64,000 bases of DNA from positions 4,480,001 through 4,544,000 of the forward strand of contig OZ253470.1 in the NCBI GenBank assembly GCA_965261735.1. The letters run 5' to 3'. The position numbers and the translations under genes were made by a program. A model generated the notes under the pieces. It was not told where the DNA came from. It made no database searches and saw only the letters and a program-made list of their open reading frames with translations. The DNA is from Alphaproteobacteria bacterium (GTDB lineage: Bacteria > Pseudomonadota > Alphaproteobacteria > SHVV01). Positions within the stretch are counted from its first letter, which is position 1, and every line of letters begins with the position of its first letter. Positions 42,319 through 52,833 of the stretch are shown piece after piece.

Positions 42319-42754
42319 TAGTAGTCCTCCCAGTCGTTACGTGCCGGCCCGAGGCCGGCGCGCTGTGCGGTGGCCGATCGATGGTCTGCGAGCCGCCGAG
42401 TTTCGGTAGTCACAGCCTCAACAGCGTTGCCAGACGTCGTACTGACGGTAGACCAAAGCTGAGCGTGTTCAACCGCGAACCGCACCTGCTAATTTTAGCA
42501 AAGGCGTTGCCGCGTAACGCTCGATCACGAGCGGGCAGTGCGTCGCGTGTTCTTCCTCAACTATCCGAGGCACACGCGGGACAACAACGCCGAGCGCGGT
42601 TTGACCTTATCATATCCGACATTCTCTATTTGAATCAAATTCGAAAGTCGCGGATACCACCGATCCACATGCGTCCCTAGCGCCGCGTACCGATGCTTCT
42701 CATGGAGCGGGCACCTGCTATGGTTGGCGGACACCGCTCCGTGGAGGTTCCGTT

Positions 42755-43645
42755 ATGTCGTTCGACGACATGCCCGACCTCGGGCCGATGCTGTTCCCGG
42801 CGGGCGAGGATTATGCGCGGCGCATACTCACCGCCTCGAAGATCATACAGCCGCGCTGCCGGACGATCCTCGACGTTCCCTACGGTGCGGACTATTGGCA
42901 GAAGGTGGACTTTTATTTGCCCGACGATGCCGCACTCACTGGGCTTCCGGTGCTGTGCTTCCTCCACGGCGGCAGTTGGCGGCACGGCTACAAGGAATGG
43001 ATGGGCTTTATGGCGCCGCCGATCCTCGCGCTGCCGGCGATCTTCGTGTCGGTGTCCTATCGCCTGGCGCCGAGCACGAAATTTCCCGCCATTTTGGAGG
43101 ACTGTATCGACGCGCTAGCGCTGGTTCACCGCGCGGCCACCGAATACGGCGGCGATCCCGACCGCGTGTTCTATGGCGGCCATTCGGCCGGCGGCCATCT
43201 CGCTGCCCTCGTGGCGTTGAGCCGCGACCGGTTGCGGGCGCGCGGTTTGCCCGACGACGCGATAAAGGGCTGTCTACCCGTCAGCGGCATCTTCGACCTG
43301 CGGATGCAGAGCGCCGTTCCCGGCGGCGTTACCGAGCTCGTTCACCCGCTCGTGTTTGCGGACCCCGAGGACAGCGAGTCATACAGCCCCGTCACCTGCG
43401 CCGATGGTAACTCCACCCCGTTCTTCGTAGCTTACGGCGAGGCGGACCTGCCGGAGGTAGTCAGCACCTCACGCGCGTTTATCGCCTGTCTCGATCACGC
43501 GCCATGCGTGATCGAACACCACATGTGGCCCGGCTCAAACCACTACGAGACAAGTGAAGACCTCGCCGACCCAGACAATGCGTGGGTGCGCAAACTCGGT
43601 GCGTGGATGATGGCGCCGCCGCGCCGGGGTGACGCCCACCCGTAA
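42755..43645 (+). CDS. Alpha/beta hydrolase, arylformamidase-like
   Basis: DVPYG, FLHGGSW, YRLAP, GHSAGGHL, VSGIFDL, NH catalytic His. Confidence 0.85.
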   Translation: MSFDDMPDLGPMLFPAGEDYARRILTASKIIQPRCRTILDVPYGADYWQKVDFYLPDDAALTGLPVLCFLHGGSWRHGYKEWMGFMAPPILALPAIFVSVSYRLAPSTKFPAILEDCIDALALVHRAATEYGGDPDRVFYGGHSAGGHLAALVALSRDRLRARGLPDDAIKGCLPVSGIFDLRMQSAVPGGVTELVHPLVFADPEDSESYSPVTCADGNSTPFFVAYGEADLPEVVSTSRAFIACLDHAPCVIEHHMWPGSNHYETSEDLADPDNAWVRKLGAWMMAPPRRGDAHP

Positions 43646-43808
43646 CGCGTGCGTTCAGTAACCGCGCCCCAGGCATCTCTCGCGCGGGCCCTCTCCGCAA
43701 AAGAGGCGGGCGAACCAACCGTGGCGAAACGCGTGTGGCATGTCCTCGTGAGCGGCTTGGGACGCCAACGTTGCGCCGCCACCCACCGCAATAGAACGAG
43801 CGGTGCGC

Positions 43809-44204
43809 CTAAGGAACGTGGGCCTTGGCTTCGATCTCGATCAGCATGTCGGGGTGCAATAGCTCACCCTGGTAGCCGCTTTCGATGAATCCGCGCTTGG
43901 GAAGGTATTCGCGCACCATCGCATCGACGACGCCGAAGTCTTCGCGCCGCTTGATGAAAAAGCGGATGTCGAAGATGTCGTCGAGCGAGCAGCCCGCGGC
44001 TTTGCACACTTTGCTAATGTTCTCGAAGGTGAGGCGGGTCTGCTCCTCGATGGTCGGCGCAAGCTTGCGCTCCGCCATGGAGCCGGAAACGTTGGTCAGC
44101 GCAGAGGTTCCAGAAATATGGAGGGTGTTTCCAATCTTTACCGCGCGGTCGAAATGGCCGACTGGCTCGGCCAGGGTTGTCGGATTGATGACGATCTTCT
44201 CCAT
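43809..44204 (-). CDS. RidA/Rid-family protein
   Basis: AVKIGNTLHISGT, EQTRLTFENI, LLHPDMLIEIEAKA; the conserved Arg position appears to be replaced (FIESG). Confidence 0.85.
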   Translation of the reverse strand: MEKIVINPTTLAEPVGHFDRAVKIGNTLHISGTSALTNVSGSMAERKLAPTIEEQTRLTFENISKVCKAAGCSLDDIFDIRFFIKRREDFGVVDAMVREYLPKRGFIESGYQGELLHPDMLIEIEAKAHVP

Positions 44205-44292
44205 CGGATGTCCTCCTCTCGTAAAGCATCGACACTATACAAGCGTGCCGCCGCACGAACCCAATCGGCAACGACAGGTCTCACCCAACCTA

Positions 44293-45441
44293 GTGGATTG
44301 ATCGGAACGAAAGAGTCCGATTTGAGATTCCGTATTGTGCGGTGTCATGCGAGTCTGTGCTATGCGCACCGGCATCCATTTTACTGTCACGTCTGGCGAC
44401 CGTCAGCGATTGCAAGCTATCGTCGCGGACCCGAAGAGCTCGCAGAAACATGTCTGGCGGGCGCGGATCATCCTGAAGAGCGACGAGGGGCTCGGGAACT
44501 CGTCGATCATGGCCGAGACCGGCAAGTCCAAGACCTGTGTCTGGCGCTGGCAGGAGCGGTTCATGCACGAGGGTGTCAACGGCTTGCTTCGCGATAGGTC
44601 CCGTCCGCCTGGCAAAGCGCCGATCCCGCCGGAGCGCGTCGCCGAGATCGTCCGCCTGACCCAGCAAGCGCCGCCGCACGAGGCGACCCACTGGACGCTG
44701 CGCGCGATGGCGAAGGTTGCTGGCGTCGCGGCGTCGACGGTCCAAGCGATCTGGAAGGCCCATGGCCTCAGCCCGCACCGCTGGCGGCACTTCAAGCTCT
44801 CCAATGATCCCGCCTTCGCCGAGAAGCTCACAGATATCGTCGGCTTGTATGTCGATCCGCCGGCCCATGCCGTGGTGCTGTCGGTTGATGAGAAATCACA
44901 GATCCAGGCGCTCGACCGCACCCAACCCGGCTTGCCGATGAAGAAGGGCCGCGCCGGTACGATGACCTATGATTACAAACGGCATGGCACGACGACGCTG
45001 TTCGCCGCGCTCAACGTGCTGGACGGTACGGTCATCGCACAGAACATGCAGCGCCACCGCCATCAGGAGTTCATCCGCTTCCTCAACCGCATCGAGCGCG
45101 AGGTGCCGACGGACAAGGCCGTCCACGTCATCCTCGACAACTACGCCGCGCACAAGAAGGACAAGGTCCGCGCCTGGCTCGCCCGCCATCCACGCTGGAC
45201 CTTCCACTTCACGCCAACCTCGTGCTCGTGGCTCAATGCCGTCGAGGGCTTCTTCGCCAAACTAACGCGGCGCAGGCTCAAATACGGCGTCTTCCAATCC
45301 GTCGTCGACCTTCAGGACGCCATCAACCGATTTGTCCGCGAATACAATGACGCAAACCCAAAACCCTTCATCTGGAAAGCCGACCCCGATCATATCATCG
45401 CCGCACGAAACAGAGGGTTCCAAACGTTGGAATCAATCCAC
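44293..45441 (+). mobile_element. IS630-family element
   Basis: IRs GTGGATTGATCGGAACG and CGTTGGAATCAATCCAC, in a CTAG context with TA duplication. Confidence 0.92.
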
Positions 45442-45444
45442 TAG
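44362..45444 (+). CDS. IS630 transposase
   Basis: SVDEKSQIQALDR, YKRHGTTTLFAA, ILDNYAAH, SWLNAVEGFF. Confidence 0.93.
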   Translation: MRTGIHFTVTSGDRQRLQAIVADPKSSQKHVWRARIILKSDEGLGNSSIMAETGKSKTCVWRWQERFMHEGVNGLLRDRSRPPGKAPIPPERVAEIVRLTQQAPPHEATHWTLRAMAKVAGVAASTVQAIWKAHGLSPHRWRHFKLSNDPAFAEKLTDIVGLYVDPPAHAVVLSVDEKSQIQALDRTQPGLPMKKGRAGTMTYDYKRHGTTTLFAALNVLDGTVIAQNMQRHRHQEFIRFLNRIEREVPTDKAVHVILDNYAAHKKDKVRAWLARHPRWTFHFTPTSCSWLNAVEGFFAKLTRRRLKYGVFQSVVDLQDAINRFVREYNDANPKPFIWKADPDHIIAARNRGFQTLESIH

Positions 45445-45635
45445 CACGTTGCCACACGGACCCACTACGACACCCTGGAAGCAACCGACGCGTAAGCATG
45501 GCGCCATTGAAGCACGCTCAGAAGGTGTGGCGTCACACCAAGCAGCACGATCACGTTTGCGGACCCCTTCGAAATCGGCCGCCAATTCGTACGATGAGGG
45601 CGAGCTACTCCAACAGACTCAGCGCACTTCGCCAC

Positions 45636-45772
45636 GTCCGCTAGTGGCTAGGAGGCGAAGTTCGCACCAGGTCGCCTGTACGACCGCTCTACCCCCGAAA
45701 GCCGACTTTCAGCGGCAACGTCCGCGTTGCCCCCGGGTTTCGTCTGCTTCACCTGAGAGAGCAGGCCGTCCT
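45636..45772. repeat. REP-like hairpin array interrupted by IS256
   Basis: GTCCGCTAGTGGCTAGGAGGCGAAGT..GACCGCTCTACCCCCGAAAGCCGAC..GCGGCAACGTCCGC is colinear with 30915-31045. Confidence 0.6.
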
Positions 45773-45818
45773 GGTCGTGTCCCAGGACGTGGTGTAGGAG
45801 TTGTTGGAGCCTCTGTTA

Positions 45819-45886
45819 GCTGTGGGTAGGCGGCTTGCCGTAGCGACCGCCGAGAGTCTGGCGTAGGCAAGCCGGCTATCCACAGC
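45819..45886. repeat. Branched hairpin with DnaA-box-like motif inside IS256
   Basis: GCTGTGGG..CGGCTTGCC..CGCC-gagagtct-GGCG..GGCAAGCCG-GCTATCCACAGC; homologous to 25570-25637. Confidence 0.7.
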
Positions 45887-45954
45887 GGAGGCCATCGCGG
45901 TTCCGGTTTAGGGTTGGGCTAGTGCAAACCAACCTGACCCGAAGGAGAACCACG

Positions 45955-47136
45955 ATGACCCAGGACATGATGACCCTGCGCGCGCTTTTGGAGAAGAGCT
46001 CCGATGCCGATCTGCTTTGCGAGATGATCGGCTTCACGGCCGAGTGGCTGATGGCACTGGAGGTTGAGGGCCTGACCGGCGCCGGGCACGGCGAGCGCTC
46101 GGCGGATCGTATCACCCATCGCAACGGCTACCGCGACCGGTCCTGGGAGACGCGGGCCGGCACGGTCGAGCTGAAGATCCCGAAGCTGAGGAAGGGAAGC
46201 TACTTCCCGGGCTTCCTGGAGCCGCGGCGGATGGCCGAGAAGGCGCTGGCTGCGGTGATCCAGGAGGCCTACATCCAGGGGGTGTCGACCCGCTCGGTCG
46301 ACGATCTGGTTCAGGCGATGGGGATGTCGGGCGCCTCCAAGAGCCAGGTCTCCAGGCTGTGCGGCGAGATCGACGATAAGGTCACCGGCTTCCTCGATCG
46401 ACCGCTGGAGGGCGACTGGCCCTATCTGTGGCTCGACGCCACCTACGTGAAGGTGCGCCAGACCGGACGCATCGTCTCGGTCGCGGTGACCGTGGCTGTG
46501 GCCGTCAACGACCAAGGCCGCCGCGAGGTCCTGGGCGTGGCGATCGGCGCGTCGGAGGCCGAGACCTTCTGGACCGAGTTCCTGCGCTCGCTGGCCCGGC
46601 GCGGGCTGCGCGGCGTGAAGCTGGTGATCTCCGACGACCACAAGGGCCTGAAGGCCGCCGCGACCCGGATCCTCGGCGCCACATGGCAGCGCTGCCGCGT
46701 GCACTTCGCCCGCAACCTGCTGGCCCATGCCGGCCGCCAGGGCCGGCGCGTCGTCTCCGCCTTCGCCCAGGAGGACGCCGACAGCGCGAAGGTCCAGTGG
46801 CGCCAGGTCGCCGACCAGCTCAGGCCCAAGGTGCCCAAGCTGGCAGTTCTCATGGACGAAGCCGAGCACGACGTCCTCGCCTACATGAGCTTCCCCAGGG
46901 AGCACCGCCAGAAATTGCACTCCACAAACCCGATCGAACGGCTCCATGCCGAGGTCAAGCGTCGCACCAACGTCGTCGGTATCTTTCCCAACGAAGCCGC
47001 CATCACACGGCTCGTCGGCGCCATCCTTCTCGAGCAGAACGACGAGTGGGCCGTCTCAAGGAGATACATGACGCTGGAATCCATCGCTCCGCTGAGCGAT
47101 GGTGTCCCCATCACGCTGCCCACCGTGGCAGCCTGA
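45955..47136 (+). CDS. IS256 transposase
   Basis: [39 protein letters not shown]. Confidence 0.92.
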   Translation: MTQDMMTLRALLEKSSDADLLCEMIGFTAEWLMALEVEGLTGAGHGERSADRITHRNGYRDRSWETRAGTVELKIPKLRKGSYFPGFLEPRRMAEKALAAVIQEAYIQGVSTRSVDDLVQAMGMSGASKSQVSRLCGEIDDKVTGFLDRPLEGDWPYLWLDATYVKVRQTGRIVSVAVTVAVAVNDQGRREVLGVAIGASEAETFWTEFLRSLARRGLRGVKLVISDDHKGLKAAATRILGATWQRCRVHFARNLLAHAGRQGRRVVSAFAQEDADSAKVQWRQVADQLRPKVPKLAVLMDEAEHDVLAYMSFPREHRQKLHSTNPIERLHAEVKRRTNVVGIFPNEAAITRLVGAILLEQNDEWAVSRRYMTLESIAPLSDGVPITLPTVAA

Positions 47137-47421
47137 ACGTCCCGGCCCTACCCGCCGGGAGCCGCGTAGAGCGCAACGCTCTTACACCACTCCGCGGGAC
47201 ACGATCGCCGTCCTGTCGATCCAGCCGTTCGTCTGGTCCTGACCCAGAGCTGACGTCGACGAATCCGGCCTCGGCGAGGACCGCCGTGTCAAGCAAGGAG
47301 CGCCGGCACCGAGCAACGGTTAAGACCGCACCAACGTCGATGCTCGGGCGCTATGATTGCACCGGCCGGTCGGCTATGATTGGGCCAACAAGAGCCGCTA
47401 GAAAAACCGGCGAGGGAGGGG

Positions 47422-48123
47422 ATGCACGACATCGCCATTCGGCAGGAGATCATCGACCGGGTGATCGCCAAGCGCAGTCGGCTGCACCTCTTCGACAGTC
47501 TCGATCCCGCCAAGACCGCATTCGTTGTGGTCGACATGCAGAACGCATTCTGCGAGCCGGGAGCGCCCGTCGAGGTGCCGCCCTCGCGCGCGATCGTGGC
47601 CGACATAAACCAGCTTGCCGGAGAGGTTCGGGAAACGGGTGGCGTGGTTATATGGGTTGTCGCGGTGGTCAGGGACCGTGCCGGCATGGAGAATTGGGGG
47701 AGCTATTTCCGGGTGGTTCTCGGCGAACCCGAGAAAATAGATGGCTTCCTCGACTATGTCGGGCCGGGCGGACACGGGACCAAGCTGTGGCGCGAGCTCG
47801 AGGTCAAACCCGACGACCTCATCATCAACAAAACCCGCTACAGCGCGCTTGCGCCGGGCACATCGGACCTGCTGCGCGCGCTGCGCCTGCGCCGCATCGA
47901 CAATCTCCTGATCGGCGGCACCAAGACCAACGTGTGCTGCGAATCGACCGGCCGCGACGCCCACGAACTCGACTTCAACGTCGCCATGGTCTCGGACTGC
48001 CTCGCGGCCCTCACCGACGAGGAGCATCGGGCGACGCTCGAGACCTTCATCCAGCAGTTCGGCGACGTCGTCACCAGCGACGAGGTCATCACCGCTCTGC
48101 ACAACCATCCCAATGAACCGTGA
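47422..48123 (+). CDS. Cysteine hydrolase (isochorismatase/RutB family)
   Basis: VVDMQNAF, KTRYSA and TNVCCESTGRDA give the Asp-Lys-Cys triad. Confidence 0.9.
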   Translation: MHDIAIRQEIIDRVIAKRSRLHLFDSLDPAKTAFVVVDMQNAFCEPGAPVEVPPSRAIVADINQLAGEVRETGGVVIWVVAVVRDRAGMENWGSYFRVVLGEPEKIDGFLDYVGPGGHGTKLWRELEVKPDDLIINKTRYSALAPGTSDLLRALRLRRIDNLLIGGTKTNVCCESTGRDAHELDFNVAMVSDCLAALTDEEHRATLETFIQQFGDVVTSDEVITALHNHPNEP

Positions 48124-48135
48124 GAAGGACCGACC

Positions 48136-49083
48136 ATGAAACGTTTGTTTGCCGCCCTCATTGCCCTCTTACTGGTCGCCCCCATCGCCGCTGAGAGCAA
48201 GATCAGGGTCGCGATGCTGCTGCCGGGCTCGATCTCGGACCAGTCTTACAACGCCGCCGCCTATGAAGGCATTCAGCTCGCCGCCAAGAAGTACGATCTC
48301 GAATTCCAGATCAGCGAAAGCATCCCCTTCGCCGGCATCGAGGAAGCGATGCTGAACTATGCGCGCGAGGGCTATGACGTCATCTATGGCCACGGCTTCC
48401 AGTTCGCCGAACCTGCCTTCAAGCTGCACAAGCAGTTTCCCAAATCCTGGTTCGTGGTGCACGGCATCGACGACGGCGCGCCACCGAATCTGGTTTCGAT
48501 TCAGAATCGCTATGGCGAACTCGGCTACGTGGCCGGCGTGCTCGCCGGGGCGACCACCAAGACCGGCGTGATCAGCAACGTCTCGAGTATGGTCGTGCCG
48601 ATTATCGAAAAGCTCAACCAGGGCTTCGCTGACGGTGCCAAGAGCGTGCGCCCTGACGTTAAGGTGCTCACGGGCGTCGTCGGCTCGTGGTCGGACGCGG
48701 CGAAGGCCAAGGAAATCACCGCCACCCACATCGAAAGCGGCGCCGACGTGATTTTTGCGATCGGAAACGAAAGCGCCGTTGGCAACTATCAGGCAGCAAA
48801 AGAGGCGGGAAAGATGGCGATCGCCTCTTCGTTCGATTCGGCATCGGTCGCGCCAGACACGATCATGACGACCGCGCTCATCAAGATCCAGACGAACCTC
48901 GACCTCATCCTTGGAAAGATCGTCGACGGTACGATCGAGGCCAAGAATTACTCGCTCGGATTTGCCGAGGACACACTCGGACTGGCGCCCTATCGGCGCT
49001 TCGATTCGAAATTGTCGGCCGAAGTCAAACAGAAGGTGGCGAACGCCATCGCAGACATAAAGTCCGGTAAGATCAAGCGCTAG
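48136..49083 (+). CDS. BMP-family ABC substrate-binding protein (nucleoside/purine type)
   Basis: Signal peptide, GSISDQSYN, GHGFQF, GSWSDAAKAKE, GADVIF. Confidence 0.88.
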   Translation: MKRLFAALIALLLVAPIAAESKIRVAMLLPGSISDQSYNAAAYEGIQLAAKKYDLEFQISESIPFAGIEEAMLNYAREGYDVIYGHGFQFAEPAFKLHKQFPKSWFVVHGIDDGAPPNLVSIQNRYGELGYVAGVLAGATTKTGVISNVSSMVVPIIEKLNQGFADGAKSVRPDVKVLTGVVGSWSDAAKAKEITATHIESGADVIFAIGNESAVGNYQAAKEAGKMAIASSFDSASVAPDTIMTTALIKIQTNLDLILGKIVDGTIEAKNYSLGFAEDTLGLAPYRRFDSKLSAEVKQKVANAIADIKSGKIKR

Positions 49084-49238
49084 CGGCGCGTTCCGCTGTC
49101 GACATCGCAAGGCTCTTGGGCTGACTGCGGGCCCTGAGCCTTGTGATGCGGGTCGGATTCCAGGACGGATCGAATGTGGTCCGGGCTCGTGCCGGACGGC
49201 AGAACGCCGGGGCGAAGCGTAGCGGGGAGGAGGGCCAG

Positions 49239-50762
49239 GTGGACGCCGCTTCGGAGGCGATACTCGAACTCCGCGATATCACGAAGAGCTACCCCGGCGT
49301 CCTGGCGAACGACCGCGTCAACCTGTCGCTCCGCCGCGGACAAGTCCTCGGCATTCTCGGCGAGAACGGCGCCGGTAAATCGACACTGATGAACGTCGTG
49401 TCGGGGCTGATCGCCCCCGACTCCGGCGAGATATCGGTCGAAGGCGAGCGCGTCGCATTCAAATCACCGCGCGATGCCCTCGATCGCGGTATCGGCATGG
49501 TGCATCAGCACTTCATGCTGGTCGGCACGTTGAGCGTCATCGAGAACATCGTCCTCGGCGACAACCGTATTGGCGCCGGGCGGATCTCGCTCGAGGGGCC
49601 GGCGGCCGAGGTCAAGGAGCTTGGCGAGCGCATCGGCCTGCCGGTCGAGCCGCACGCCGAGGTGGGCGCCCTCGATATCGGCGGCCAGCAGCGCGTCGAG
49701 ATACTGAAGGCCCTCTATCGGGACGCGCGAATTCTCATCCTCGACGAGCCGACATCAGTGCTCTCGCGCGTCGACAGCACCGGCCTGTTTCAGATGATCA
49801 GGTCGCTCGCCGGTGAGGGCGTTTCGGTGATCCTCATCAGCCACAAGCTCGACGACATCTTCGCCGCCTGCGATCATGTGGTCGCTATGCGGCAGGGTCG
49901 AGTCGTCGGCGAAACGGCAGTATCCGACACCTCCCACGAAGCGTTGATTCGAATGATGGTCGGCGAGGATCTCGAGGCGCCGCGACGGGACGAGGGATTG
50001 ACCGCCGGAGAGGCTCTCGTCGAGGTTCGCGACGTCACGCTCGACCGCGACAACGGCTCGCTCGCCATCGCCGACGTTTCCTTCGACCTCCGCGCCGGCG
50101 AGATCCTCGGCCTGGCCGGCGTGGAAGGCAACGGGCAAAGGGAGCTGGTCGAGGCGCTCTGCGGCCTCCGGCAGCCGCGGGCCGGGCGCATCATTCACAG
50201 CGAGGCGAAAAAACATGGCGTGAATTCCGTACGCGGCCTGCGCGAGCGCGGCCTGCGCCACGTGCCGGAGAATCGCCATGAGACGGGAATCGTCGCCGGT
50301 CTGTCGCTCGCCGAAAACGTCATGCTGTCGCACTTTTTCGCGGCTCCCTTTAGCCGCTTCGGATGGCTCGACCGAAACGCCGCGCGTGACCGCACGAGGG
50401 AGCTGATCGAGACGTTCGACATTAAGGCCCGCGGCCCCGGTGCACCGATCGAAACACTGTCGGGCGGTAACCAGCAGAAGCTCGTTCTCGCCCGTGAGCT
50501 CGACTGCAACCCTTCGGTGCTGATTGCCGCGCACCCGACCCGCGGCCTCGACGTACGCACGATCGTGTTCGTGCACAATCTGCTTCTCGAGCGCCGCCGC
50601 GCGGGAATGGCGATCCTGCTCGTCTCCTCCGACCTCGCCGAGATCTGGCAGTTGGCCGATCGTGTCATGGTTGCGGCGGGCGGAAGCGTGCGCGGCCCGG
50701 TCGCTGTCGCAGACACGGACGTCCAGCAGGTCGGCACATGGATGGCGGCCGCCCGGCGTTGA
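49239..50762 (+). CDS. ABC ATP-binding protein, two-domain nucleoside/sugar type
   Basis: GENGAGKST, GIGMVHQHFML, AGVEGNGQ, LSGGNQQK, PTRGLDV; GGAGGA RBS before GTG. Confidence 0.92.
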   Translation: MDAASEAILELRDITKSYPGVLANDRVNLSLRRGQVLGILGENGAGKSTLMNVVSGLIAPDSGEISVEGERVAFKSPRDALDRGIGMVHQHFMLVGTLSVIENIVLGDNRIGAGRISLEGPAAEVKELGERIGLPVEPHAEVGALDIGGQQRVEILKALYRDARILILDEPTSVLSRVDSTGLFQMIRSLAGEGVSVILISHKLDDIFAACDHVVAMRQGRVVGETAVSDTSHEALIRMMVGEDLEAPRRDEGLTAGEALVEVRDVTLDRDNGSLAIADVSFDLRAGEILGLAGVEGNGQRELVEALCGLRQPRAGRIIHSEAKKHGVNSVRGLRERGLRHVPENRHETGIVAGLSLAENVMLSHFFAAPFSRFGWLDRNAARDRTRELIETFDIKARGPGAPIETLSGGNQQKLVLARELDCNPSVLIAAHPTRGLDVRTIVFVHNLLLERRRAGMAILLVSSDLAEIWQLADRVMVAAGGSVRGPVAVADTDVQQVGTWMAAARR

Positions 50763-51793
50763 TCCTGGGTTCGCTCAATCTGCGCGCCCTGGGCGAATAT
50801 GCCTCCGTCCTCGTCATCGCGTTCGCGGCCGCTGCACTCGTCATCCTCAGTGCGGGAAAGAACCCGATCGATGCCTTCGTCGTGCTCGTTTCGCACGCGC
50901 TCGGCACATCCTTCGGATTCCACGAGGTCGTGGTGCGGGCGATCCCACTTACCCTCGCGGGCCTCGGCGTTGCCATCGCGTTCCGCGCCAACGTCTGGAA
51001 CATCGGCGCCGACGGCCAGATCATCATCGGCGCCGTTAGCGGCATGTGGTTCGTGCACGCGTTTCCTGGCACGCCGTCCTGGTTGATCGGCCCCCTGTAT
51101 CTGCTTGCCGCCATCATCGGCGGCGGCGCCTACGGCGGTCTCGCGGGCTACCTGAGGGCCAAGTACAACGCGAGCGAGATCATCGTCACCATCATGCTGA
51201 ACTACATTGCGCTCCACCTCCTGGGGTGGGTCATTCGCGGCCCCTTACAGGAGTCCGGGGACATCTTTCCGCGATCGGCCCGAATTCCGGAAGCGGCCAT
51301 GCTCGATGCACTCGCCTCGGGGAGCCGGGTTCACATGGGGCTCTTCATCGCCGCCGGAGCGACCGTTCTGGTCTTCGTCCTGCTTCGCTATTCATCCTTC
51401 GGCTACCAGGTCCGAGTGGTCGGGGCCAGCCCTGCGGCCGCTCGATATGGCGGCATCAATGACCGCATGATCATCCTGCTGACGATGGCGCTAAGCGGCG
51501 GGCTCGCGGGCCTTGCTGGCGCCGGTGAAATTGCGGCGCTACATCATCGCCTGATGGATGATTTCGCCCCCGGCTTCGGCATCGCTGCGATCGCCATCGC
51601 CCTTATGGCGCGCCTCCAGCCGCTGGCGATTCCGTTCACCGCCCTCCTGTTCGGCATCCTGCACGTAGGCTCCGGGGCGCTGCAGCGCAAGCTCGGCATT
51701 CCCTTTCCCATCGTGTGGATCATCGAAGGGATCGTGATTGTCACGTTTCTTCTAGCCGGCTACCTTCGTAGCCGCCACCAGACGGCGAGGTAA
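50738..51793 (+). CDS. ABC permease, nucleoside type
   Basis: WNIGADGQ, EIIVTIMLNY, SGGLAGLAG. Confidence 0.9.
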   Translation: MDGGRPALILGSLNLRALGEYASVLVIAFAAAALVILSAGKNPIDAFVVLVSHALGTSFGFHEVVVRAIPLTLAGLGVAIAFRANVWNIGADGQIIIGAVSGMWFVHAFPGTPSWLIGPLYLLAAIIGGGAYGGLAGYLRAKYNASEIIVTIMLNYIALHLLGWVIRGPLQESGDIFPRSARIPEAAMLDALASGSRVHMGLFIAAGATVLVFVLLRYSSFGYQVRVVGASPAAARYGGINDRMIILLTMALSGGLAGLAGAGEIAALHHRLMDDFAPGFGIAAIAIALMARLQPLAIPFTALLFGILHVGSGALQRKLGIPFPIVWIIEGIVIVTFLLAGYLRSRHQTAR

Positions 51794-51796
51794 GCC

Positions 51797-52744
51797 GTGG
51801 AAACCATAGCGGTCGTCGGGCTGCTCGCGGCGACCCTCCGCTTCGCCACACCGATCCTGCTCGCGGCGCTCGGCGAGGCGGTCTCCCAGCGCTCCGGAAT
51901 CCTCAATGTGGGCGTCGAGGGCATGATGCTGGCTGGCGCCTTCTTCGGCGCCTGGGCGGCCGTGGCGACCGGCTCTCCATGGGGCGGGCTCGCTGCCGCC
52001 ATTCTTGCAGGCACGGCGCTGGCGCTCGTCCACGCCGTGCTGTCGATCACGTTCCGGGTCGATCAGATCGTCTCGGGCATCGCAATCATCGTGCTCGGCT
52101 TCGGTTTCTCGAGCTATGGTTATCGCATCACGGTGGGCCAGGCGTTTCCGTCGCCGAGTATCCCGCTGTTCACGCGCATTGATTTCGGTCTTCTGGGAGA
52201 CATCCCTTTTGTCGGACGCGTTTTTTTCAGCCATCACCTGCTGGTCTACGCCACGTTCGCGATGGTGCTCGTCGTCGCGTGGTTTCTTTACCGCACGACA
52301 TGGGGCCTCGAGGTCCGTGCCATTGGCGAAAACCCGGCCGCAGCCGAAGCCGTGGGTATCAGCGTACAGAGAGTGCGCTTTGGGGCGTGCCTCTTCAGTG
52401 GCGCCATGGCCGGCGCCGCCGGCGCGTACTTGGTCCTCGCCCACGTCGGATTCTTCGTGGAGAACATGGTATCGGGGCGCGGCTTCATCGCCGTCGTTTG
52501 CGTCGTGTTCGGCCGCTGGACACCGCTCGGCGTCCTGTTCGCGGCACTCCTGTTCGGCTTTGCCGATGCGCTGCAGATCCGCCTGCAAGCGCTCTATCAG
52601 GATGTCCCACACCAGTTCTTCATCATCCTGCCCCACGTCCTGGCGATCGCGTCGCTCGTCGTATTCGCCGGGCGCTCGCGATTCCCGAGCGCGCTTGCTA
52701 TCCCCTTCTATGGCAGTGGCGCGAGCCGCGGCGCCGACGACTAG
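51797..52744 (+). CDS. ABC permease, nucleoside type
   Basis: RSGILNVGVEGMM, DQIVSG, GENPAAA, GRGFIA. Confidence 0.9.
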   Translation: METIAVVGLLAATLRFATPILLAALGEAVSQRSGILNVGVEGMMLAGAFFGAWAAVATGSPWGGLAAAILAGTALALVHAVLSITFRVDQIVSGIAIIVLGFGFSSYGYRITVGQAFPSPSIPLFTRIDFGLLGDIPFVGRVFFSHHLLVYATFAMVLVVAWFLYRTTWGLEVRAIGENPAAAEAVGISVQRVRFGACLFSGAMAGAAGAYLVLAHVGFFVENMVSGRGFIAVVCVVFGRWTPLGVLFAALLFGFADALQIRLQALYQDVPHQFFIILPHVLAIASLVVFAGRSRFPSALAIPFYGSGASRGADD

Positions 52745-52833
52745 ATGTCTGCCCTGACTTCACGAAATCATCGTGTCTGCTATTTTTGCCGCGTGGACCG
52801 GCATATGCCGGGGGCGTTTGGAGGAGTGGCCTG

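Larger units (their letters stand above)
45773..47206 (+). mobile_element. IS256-family element
   Basis: IRs GGTCGTGTCCC..GTGGTGTA and TACACCAC..GGGACACGATC; 8-bp TSD GCCGTCCT at 45765-45772 and 47207-47214. Confidence 0.93.
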
